DNA of 64,000 nucleotides from Giardia intestinalis (Eukaryota): NCBI GenBank assembly GCA_000002435.2, contig CM018790.1; one strand, 5' to 3'. Shown piece by piece: positions 57,141 to 64,000 of this stretch (position 1 is its first letter; each line of letters starts with the position of its first letter). The notes under the pieces were generated by a model. It saw only the letters and a program-made list of their open reading frames with translations, ran no database searches and was not told where the DNA came from. The position numbers and the translations under genes were made by a program.

Positions 57141-60095
57141 ATGCTAGTCGATCTTGACATGCTACTTGTGGCGGAGTTTTGCCAAATACAAGGCCCCACT
57201 GTAATAAGCTCTCTTCCAGACTACCCGTGCATATCCGGCTATACCTACAGAGAGACAGAGCGAATCATCTCTACACTCTTGCTTAAAGTTATGAGCATGA
57301 ACTATCCAGCCGACCTGGACCAGAACCCGCTACCTCACATGTACAATGCTGACTCCTACGTAAGTGTCTCCTACCCTCTACTCTCTCTGGTGGACCAGAC
57401 AGATCCAGATTTCTTTCCGGATCACCATCAGCTGGAGCAGAGAATCATACACATTCTTCACCTCTCTACATTTTTACCAGATATCAGTGCCAGAGGATAT
57501 GTTAGAAAGCTCAGCCTCCTGTATCTGTCTTTCGACCCTAAGAAACTGGACCACATGCGCTTTAATATTTTATTTGCTCTGAACGAAGCCCTCGCACTGT
57601 TAAAGTATGCTGCTACAATCAGCACCAAAATAGATCTGGCGCGGTATATAGTTGGCCTGAACAAATCTATCTCTGATCTGGACCGTGTCGGCAAGATTGT
57701 CGCTAATGTACAATTAAATGAAAAAACGCTGAAATCCCGTCTTTCAGATGAGGGGTTTCCCGATGGTTTTATTTCATCTGTGCTATTTTACTCATCACAC
57801 AGCGCTCTTACAGATATGATATCATCCCTGAAGGGATTTCGCAAGGAGGCCATCACAAGATTCACCCTACTTCGGTCAAAAACGCTTCCTTCTGTAATCA
57901 TTGCAGCGTTAAATCCCCAACACGCTAAGTACTTTTCCCGCCCCTATTTACAACTATTTGACCAAAGAGAAGTAGCAAAGCTCATGCTAGAAACTCTTGT
58001 CCTCAGCGAGGATACAACTAGTGAAGATGTGGACGCCGTCTATTCACCCTATCTCACACGGACCATCGCCAGTATTCTTGAGCACTCTCCACACTTGGTC
58101 TTGTGTAATTCTCACGATCTCTATGTTACTGCCAAGCAGCCACTTAGACGACTTGAAGAGTACTTGAGCCCCCCTTTTCTAGCCTTATTCAAGGAGATCA
58201 TAGAGAAAATCTATGGGTTCTATCGGTTATCTCTCATTGACATTTTAACCACAGAACAGTGCCAGAACTCGCCAGTAGTTCTTAAGTTTGGAGAGGTGTT
58301 TCTGTTCCCTGCCGGTGAGCTGGAGGATTCCCTTGTTCTTCCAAGGAGCTCGTTGCACAACAATGCCAACATTCTGATGGATAGTTACATTGACAGCCTC
58401 CCGTCTCAATTTAACTCCCTCACTAAGCCGACGCGCTTCCTCTATACCCCAAATGTGTGTGCAGATACCTATAGTACTCTGTTGATGACCAAATGGCTCT
58501 TCCTGCATCAGTATAATCCAGACCTTGTACTGAGCTCCATAGCATGGAAGGATCTAGCTAGAGAAGCAGACCTAACTCGAAGTCTACTGGATGATCTCCG
58601 CAGGCCATGTATCCACACATTTATGCACTATAATCACGAGTCAAAGATAGGGCACCTTCTTTTCTTTCTTTATGTGCTGCTGTCGCCCCGTATCTTCAAT
58701 AACACGTGCACGTCTCTTTTGCAAGGCAAACTTCTTGTGGTACTTTGCAACAAGCTCATTGTTGCACAGATATTAGTATCTGCACTATCGGTTTTTTCTG
58801 CAGAAATACTTGTTCAGCCTGTCGCCACGAGAGGAAGCAACCCTTATATCCACAAGGAGCGTGAGTCTATAGATTGCTTAAAAATTTCAGTTGAATTGTT
58901 CCGAGACTTATCCAGTTTCAAAGAGTATTGCTTATCAATTTCTAAGCGCAGAGGAGCCAAGCGGGCTGCAATAGTGGTGTTCTGCAATGATGCGTACATA
59001 CCGTTTTCCGCGGGTGCCTCATTCTCTTCACGAAGTCGCATGACTGTGAATACTTTGACTGGAGCAGACTCACTCATAGATGCTCCCTCTCATCTTCCTT
59101 CTCACCCTTCATCATCGCTGCCCACTCAAGTGAGTAGACTGACCAATGACCCTACCCATGACTGTCGGGGTCATGACCTCTATCTTCAGGACCTAGCAAC
59201 CAGCTCCACAAATCCAGCCATGAAAGCTGCTCATCCCAGACACCCCCCGATTGAAGCAGGAACTAAAACGGTTGGTCCGTCGCAGAGCATTTTTGCAGAT
59301 GCCTCTGCCTTTGTAGAGACAGAGAATTCAGAGTACTCTTCAAAGGATTCAGTAGACTTCTTTGATGATTTGTTTGAGAAGCTATTTATTGATAAAGAAG
59401 ACGAGCTTTGCGCTGCGCTTTTAGCAACAGGCGACGTAAAGGGACTCATGATTCTGGACAGCCAAATTAGATATTGGCCGAATGAAAAGATCAATTGTTC
59501 CGTTGTAAGGTCTATCACTGTGTACTTCCCAGGAAAAGGAGATCGTAATGCTGCAAGCAAGGTAGGTGTCAGTACTGATTTTATTTCGCGCAGATTGCAG
59601 AACGGTCTGTCCAAATTTTTCAGTCCTTTTCTTTCAGGACGGCACCAGAGCCAGAAGAGCTTGAACAAACAACCAGGCACAACCAGTCACGACACCGGAA
59701 TCTCAGAGAGCAGACACGACGATGAGACTGAAGCAGTCAGTCCCCGATTGCAAATGACAGATGCTGGCGCATCGCAAAGAGCACAAATGCGGATAAAAAG
59801 CGGGGATGAGCGGATTCTACCACGATTCAAGGCTGCATTCATGCAAGTAGATGGAGCAAGTCCTGAAGATATTGAACGTGTGTGGAATTCCGATCACTAT
59901 TCTAGGAATGATGGCGAACTATTCATAGAGCCTCCCTCAATGATATCGTCAATTGGCGACTTTCAGGCTATGCCAACTCTTTCTGTTAATAGCGGCCGTA
60001 ATAGAGCGATTGACGACCAGACAATATACAGAAATAATCTAGATTTACAAAGAATTATGATAGACACAGGTATTGACCCTATTGACTACACATAA
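57141..60095 (+). CDS. Folliculin/SMCR8-like longin-DENN family protein (984 aa), tentative
   Basis: N-terminus LLVAEFCQIQGPTVISSLP matches the folliculin longin-domain start (ALCHFCELHGPRTLFCTE). A later strand ISARGYVRKLSLLYLSF matches SLARGFQRWYSIITIMM. The protein has a long C-terminal region compatible with a divergent DENN module plus low-complexity inserts. Confidence 0.4.
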   Translation: MLVDLDMLLVAEFCQIQGPTVISSLPDYPCISGYTYRETERIISTLLLKVMSMNYPADLDQNPLPHMYNADSYVSVSYPLLSLVDQTDPDFFPDHHQLEQRIIHILHLSTFLPDISARGYVRKLSLLYLSFDPKKLDHMRFNILFALNEALALLKYAATISTKIDLARYIVGLNKSISDLDRVGKIVANVQLNEKTLKSRLSDEGFPDGFISSVLFYSSHSALTDMISSLKGFRKEAITRFTLLRSKTLPSVIIAALNPQHAKYFSRPYLQLFDQREVAKLMLETLVLSEDTTSEDVDAVYSPYLTRTIASILEHSPHLVLCNSHDLYVTAKQPLRRLEEYLSPPFLALFKEIIEKIYGFYRLSLIDILTTEQCQNSPVVLKFGEVFLFPAGELEDSLVLPRSSLHNNANILMDSYIDSLPSQFNSLTKPTRFLYTPNVCADTYSTLLMTKWLFLHQYNPDLVLSSIAWKDLAREADLTRSLLDDLRRPCIHTFMHYNHESKIGHLLFFLYVLLSPRIFNNTCTSLLQGKLLVVLCNKLIVAQILVSALSVFSAEILVQPVATRGSNPYIHKERESIDCLKISVELFRDLSSFKEYCLSISKRRGAKRAAIVVFCNDAYIPFSAGASFSSRSRMTVNTLTGADSLIDAPSHLPSHPSSSLPTQVSRLTNDPTHDCRGHDLYLQDLATSSTNPAMKAAHPRHPPIEAGTKTVGPSQSIFADASAFVETENSEYSSKDSVDFFDDLFEKLFIDKEDELCAALLATGDVKGLMILDSQIRYWPNEKINCSVVRSITVYFPGKGDRNAASKVGVSTDFISRRLQNGLSKFFSPFLSGRHQSQKSLNKQPGTTSHDTGISESRHDDETEAVSPRLQMTDAGASQRAQMRIKSGDERILPRFKAAFMQVDGASPEDIERVWNSDHYSRNDGELFIEPPSMISSIGDFQAMPTLSVNSGRNRAIDDQTIYRNNLDLQRIMIDTGIDPIDYT

Positions 60096-60109
60096 ACGCA
60101 CAGCCCATC

Positions 60110-61195
60110 CTATTTACTGACAAGCCTACTAAGGAGCTCCCGAAGATCCTCCCTAGAAGATCCCTTAAGATTATCGAGAGGAGGTAGAAGCACCTGGACC
60201 TCTATCAAGAGATCTCCGCGTCTACCTAGGCGATCACCCATGATAGGCATCCCTTCCCCTACCATCTTGATCACTTCCCCGGGCTGTGTTATATTATCTT
60301 TCTTCACTTCTATTGCGCGGTCGTCTAGGTGGATAATCCTTTTAGAGAATCCGAAGAAGGCCTCATATAAATTGATGACCAACTTGTACTTTAAATTATT
60401 TCCTTCTCGTGTAAATTTAGGATGTTTTCTTTCGCGAATAACATAAATGAGGTCTCCTGGAAGGTAGCGAAAGTCGAGCCCTTGGTCTCCCATGCCCTCG
60501 AAGACGAGCTGATGCCCATTCGGGGCCCCTGCGGGTATCTCCAGGAAAACGAAGTCTTCTGCGCTTTTAATTGTTGCTGCATGGCAAACGTGGCAGCTCT
60601 TCTGTATTATGCGACCCTCACCGCCACACTTCCAACAGTTATGTTGATACTGCTGATAATACCCATTTCCTAGATCATGGCGTTCTATCGTATACCCTCT
60701 TCCGTTACACCTGTCGCATATGGGATAGTCTGCATCCGAGTCTGCCCCTGTCCCGTGACAATGTGGGCATTTGATCTTGTGAGTGATTTTCTGATTCTGC
60801 GTCTTCCCAGAAAACAGAGTCTCTAGGCTTAAGCTCAGCTCTACAACTGTCGATTGCCCCTTTGGCTGCTGTCCACCGTGCCAATTGTTAAACATGGCTT
60901 GTTGTTGGTTAGGATTATTATTGCTTTCATGCTCTGTAAGGGCCTTTTCACCGCCTTTGTCGTATATTTTCCGCTTCTCATCGCTCGACAGAACCTCATA
61001 TGCCCGCGTGATGTCCTGGAAAGTCTTTGTACAGGCTGCCCGCTCTGACTCTTTACATCTGTCAGGATGCTTTGCTACTGACTGTTTGTGGTAGGCCTTC
61101 TTAAGTTCAGCAGCAGTTGCTGTCTTCGAGACCCCCAGAATAGCGTAGAAATCCCTCTCGTTAAGGATCAAAGCGAGAAGAAGGAACAAAATCAT
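60110..61195 (-). CDS. DnaJ/Hsp40 (type I, four CXXCXGXG zinc-finger repeats) with N-terminal signal peptide; probably ER-lumenal
   Basis: The track start is GTG; ATG at 61193-61195 (gtgaaaaaATG) gives MILFLLLALILNE (signal peptide) running straight into the J domain (DFYAILGVSKTATAAELKKAYHKQSVAKHPDRCKESE, HPD tripeptide present). CPHCHGTGA / CDRCNGRGY / CWKCGGEGR / CHVCHA zinc fingers and a C-terminal substrate-binding domain follow. Confidence 0.85.
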   Translation of the reverse strand: MILFLLLALILNERDFYAILGVSKTATAAELKKAYHKQSVAKHPDRCKESERAACTKTFQDITRAYEVLSSDEKRKIYDKGGEKALTEHESNNNPNQQQAMFNNWHGGQQPKGQSTVVELSLSLETLFSGKTQNQKITHKIKCPHCHGTGADSDADYPICDRCNGRGYTIERHDLGNGYYQQYQHNCWKCGGEGRIIQKSCHVCHAATIKSAEDFVFLEIPAGAPNGHQLVFEGMGDQGLDFRYLPGDLIYVIRERKHPKFTREGNNLKYKLVINLYEAFFGFSKRIIHLDDRAIEVKKDNITQPGEVIKMVGEGMPIMGDRLGRRGDLLIEVQVLLPPLDNLKGSSREDLRELLSRLVSK

Positions 61196-61283
61196 TTTTT
61201 CACGTAGTTCACAAAATGACGTCAGACGTTTACGGAGAACACGGTTAAAAGAAAAAGGTGAACATAAAAGCACAAATAGCGAC

Positions 61284-64000
61284 CTAGTAAGTTTCAACGT
61301 CTGGGAGAAACGCGCCACCAGTGACGCTCCCAGCTTCTAGCTTGCGTATCAGAGCGCGGAGCTTTAGAATCTCCTGCTTTCTCGACTCATATTCTTGTAG
61401 AAGACGTGGATCAATCTTAGACTCTGCGTTAGAATTAACCTGGGCAACATGCAGCTCTCTGCGCAGGTGATTTATCTCTTGGAGAAGCATAGCGTTCTGC
61501 TGCACCACGGTCGATGTCGACGACTTCTTTGTTGTCTTGGTATTTGCAAGCTTCCTCTCCAAGTTGCAGATGGTCTTTTCAAGGTGGCTAAAGTTACCCT
61601 CCTCTCTCTTCTTGTCCTTCTCTTCAGTGTATGCATTCGGTTTGAAGGTTAGAGCCATGTACGCATATTTGATTGCTTTGACCAGACGCTTGTATGTCAA
61701 GTTCTCTCCCGGCACCGCAATAGAACGTGTGTAATAATTTCCCTCCCCGCTCTTTGGAGGCTTTAGCGCAGAGCTCGGCGTCCGTCCCGATACGCCACTC
61801 GGTAAGGATTTCGCAGAGTGCCCCGATGGATAAGATCTTATCGACCTGGCAGACTTCCTGTTTGATGCACTTGTTCCTATGCGTGGGAGAGTTGTTGCAC
61901 TCTCTGCCTCCTCACTAACAGTACTAGAGCCGCTCTCTTGGGGCTTCCCCATCACGATAGCATTAAGTCCCCCATGGCTCCCTGAGCTGATATCTGCGCT
62001 GCCCGAAAAGAGCGCAGCAAGTACCGGCGGCTTATTTTCAGCGTCCTCGTATGCAATTAGGCCCAATTCATTAATAAAAGGCCTCATTTCTTCCATGCGC
62101 TTGTTAGTTGCAGCACTGCTTTCTTGCACATCGGTGATTTGCTTCTTCAAGGTAAGGTTCCGCCGCTCGAGGTCCTTTTGTGTGGACTTCAACTGGAGGA
62201 GCGACGTTCGGTAGTTTTGAAGCTCCGTATTCATTTCATTGAGACGTACCTTGAGAGACGCTAGCTGCACATCACGGGGCTCCACTTGACGGCTGTACTC
62301 CCGTATTTTATAGTCTAGCACAAAGCGTACTTTCACCAGCTCGCGGATCTGCTTCCTGAGCTCAAAGACTCTCCTCTCACGGTTGCTGATGGTGTCATCA
62401 CGACTAGAAATCTCAAGCCGTATGTTGCCCATATCCTTACGCTGAGATGAGATGAACGCCTTCAGATCAGCGATCTCCTTCTCCTTTGCTAGGAGGAAAC
62501 GCTTCTGATCAAGAAGCTGCGACTCTAGCTCTGAGTACCGCTCCTTTACCTCTGCATTATATCGTTCTACGTCTGCATAATTGTTATACGCCTTCTGTAT
62601 TTTACGCTCGTAGACGGCTGTAAGTTGGTCTGACTCGTGGTAGAGTTCATTTTCTGATAGATTGAAAAGCATTTCATCCGCCTTCCGTTGTGACTCTATG
62701 TCGTTCTCAATGGACTCCATGATTCTCTTGAGCTTAGATAGATCGGCCTCCTTTGCATTCTTCAGATCAGCTACCATCTGTTCTGTTTCTTGCTTAAACG
62801 CTGCTATCTTCTCCTCTATTTCCTTATCGAACGATAGCTTCTGGCCAGCAAGAACGGCAAGATTATCATTTATGAGAACTAGGCGTCGTTGATATTGCTC
62901 TTGAAGGGCTTCAAGGGAGTTCTTGAATAAATTCTCGTTACTGGTGATCTGCCTCTTTAGGAGGATGGCCTTCCCATCGTGCTCAGCCTCTATTCTACTA
63001 TACTCGCTGAGATAGCTCGAAATATTCTCGCTGGTCTTCTGCCTTATTTGGTTAAGCGTTCTGGAAAACTCTGTCTCCAAATACGTGACCTTTTCTTCTA
63101 GCTTGCGCTTCGCTATGGAAATATTATCTCTAGTCTTCGTGATCCGAGTGAGCACGTCCATGAGGGCGGTGCGCTTGACATAGATGGGCATGTGCTTAGG
63201 CACCATCTGCAAGGACTCCTCTCCAGAAATGCCGCCAAGACCTATCGATATCTTGCTTCCCGTGTTGCCTTTCGATAAGACGATTGTCCTGGGGGGCATT
63301 GTCTTATTTATCAGCACGGAGTAGACGACTCCATCCATGGTCCCCACTATAAATCCATTATTGCTTGGATTGGGCACCAAAGATGTTATAGACCCACTAG
63401 AGACGGGTATGACGATCTCCTTGCTGCCCTCTCCTGGTGCTTCTCCGTTCATAATGTTCGTGATGGAGCGGATAGCCACACAACCAAACTCATATCCCAC
63501 AACAATGTAATTCATCACATTAATAAGACAGAGGGCCCTTCCTTTCGTGTACTGGATGCCAGTGGCCCCGGTTATCGTGCTTCCATTGTTAGTGTTTAAA
63601 TATGAACTGTACTTCGGACACTCTGCCATGTTGCTTGAAATGACAATGATATTACCATCAGATGTAATAGCGAAGAAAACAGGAGTTTCTGGTAGAAGAG
63701 CAGAGCTGTTTGGACTCGCTACTGCCGCAGATCGCGAAATTGTGGAAACAATCCCTTGGGTTGCAGACGCGTGTATGGAAGAGCTCAAGTAATGCGCAGC
63801 AGATATTGGTGCTGCATGAATAAAGTGTACAGAGCGGATAGCTGTTGCGGACTCCTTAGTGAGGGTTGTCAAGTTGTAGCGGCAGACAGCCCCGTCTGAG
63901 CACGTGATAATCACATCTGAAGAGTAACGCATACTGGTGAAGTCCCTTGTCACTGGTGAAATAGAGACTATGCGTCCAGAGAAGTCCGTTGCCTTGGCTA
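61284..64000 (-). CDS. WD40-repeat beta-propeller plus long C-terminal coiled-coil protein; 5' end beyond the window
   Basis: The track start at 63953 is GTG and the frame stays open to position 64000, so the N-terminus is outside the window. The N-terminal ~300 aa carry WD-like strands (DVIITCSDGAVCRYNL, FFAITSDGNIIVISS, FIVGTMDGVVYSV). The C-terminal ~550 aa are continuous heptad coiled coil (ADLKNAKEADLSKLKRIMESIENDIESQRKADE...). Confidence 0.6.
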   Translation of the reverse strand, partial: AKATDFSGRIVSISPVTRDFTSMRYSSDVIITCSDGAVCRYNLTTLTKESATAIRSVHFIHAAPISAAHYLSSSIHASATQGIVSTISRSAAVASPNSSALLPETPVFFAITSDGNIIVISSNMAECPKYSSYLNTNNGSTITGATGIQYTKGRALCLINVMNYIVVGYEFGCVAIRSITNIMNGEAPGEGSKEIVIPVSSGSITSLVPNPSNNGFIVGTMDGVVYSVLINKTMPPRTIVLSKGNTGSKISIGLGGISGEESLQMVPKHMPIYVKRTALMDVLTRITKTRDNISIAKRKLEEKVTYLETEFSRTLNQIRQKTSENISSYLSEYSRIEAEHDGKAILLKRQITSNENLFKNSLEALQEQYQRRLVLINDNLAVLAGQKLSFDKEIEEKIAAFKQETEQMVADLKNAKEADLSKLKRIMESIENDIESQRKADEMLFNLSENELYHESDQLTAVYERKIQKAYNNYADVERYNAEVKERYSELESQLLDQKRFLLAKEKEIADLKAFISSQRKDMGNIRLEISSRDDTISNRERRVFELRKQIRELVKVRFVLDYKIREYSRQVEPRDVQLASLKVRLNEMNTELQNYRTSLLQLKSTQKDLERRNLTLKKQITDVQESSAATNKRMEEMRPFINELGLIAYEDAENKPPVLAALFSGSADISSGSHGGLNAIVMGKPQESGSSTVSEEAESATTLPRIGTSASNRKSARSIRSYPSGHSAKSLPSGVSGRTPSSALKPPKSGEGNYYTRSIAVPGENLTYKRLVKAIKYAYMALTFKPNAYTEEKDKKREEGNFSHLEKTICNLERKLANTKTTKKSSTSTVVQQNAMLLQEINHLRRELHVAQVNSNAESKIDPRLLQEYESRKQEILKLRALIRKLEAGSVTGGAFLPDVETY

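Noticed and set aside
61217-61224. CRE-like palindrome TGACGTCA upstream of the DnaJ gene as a bona fide stress-response element
   Set aside because: A single 8-mer occurrence is expected by chance several times per 64 kb. No bZIP/ATF6-type factor is established for this organism. Kept only as a remark.
1-64000. Interpretation as a prokaryotic or phage defence/accessory island
   Set aside because: There are no Shine-Dalgarno-spaced operons. Proteins are eukaryote-specific (ankyrin arrays, Vps34, Sar1, cytoplasmic TrpRS, PHO80 cyclin). VSP CRGKA and AGTRAAY signals are present. No IS elements, integrases or CRISPR repeats were found.

Overview
The window reads as a compact, intron-poor eukaryotic (protist) chromosome segment, not a prokaryotic locus. 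The sequence itself points to Giardia intestinalis (lamblia): a small cysteine-rich CXXC surface-protein gene ends in the invariant VSP tail ...CRGKA and is followed by an AGTAAAC (AGTRAAY) polyadenylation motif. Several 'protein 21.1'-type ankyrin-repeat genes are present. GC is about 49%, genes lie on both strands with 10-200 bp spacers, and short AT-rich initiator stretches sit directly on or just before the start codons. I call 31 protein-coding genes; two run off the window edges. Confident housekeeping calls are Sar1 GTPase, cytoplasmic tryptophanyl-tRNA synthetase, a soluble HMG-CoA reductase, a Vps34-like class III PI 3-kinase, PP2C phosphatase, a type I DnaJ with signal peptide, RPB11/AC19-family RNA polymerase subunit, a PHO80-like cyclin and a Myb/SANT protein. 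More tentative calls are a DDB1/CPSF160/SF3b130-family beta-propeller protein, a folliculin-like longin/DENN protein, a type I membrane protein with a PL8 polysaccharide-lyase-like motif, a GroES/Cpn10-like small ORF, three large ankyrin-repeat proteins (one with a degenerate kinase-like N-terminus), and several long coiled-coil or low-complexity proteins. The supplied ORF track uses TTG/GTG/CTG as starts, so several N-termini are over-extended; I moved them to the first ATG that has an AT-rich initiator. I see no CRISPR array, no recognisable mobile element and no rRNA. A manual look at the longest ORF-free stretch found no tRNA; none was searched for elsewhere. I see no prokaryote-style novel system. 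The items most worth follow-up are the VSP with a perfect 243-bp tandem duplication, the GroES-like ORF (a possible missing mitosomal co-chaperonin), the PL8-like surface protein with substituted catalytic residues, and the folliculin-like protein.
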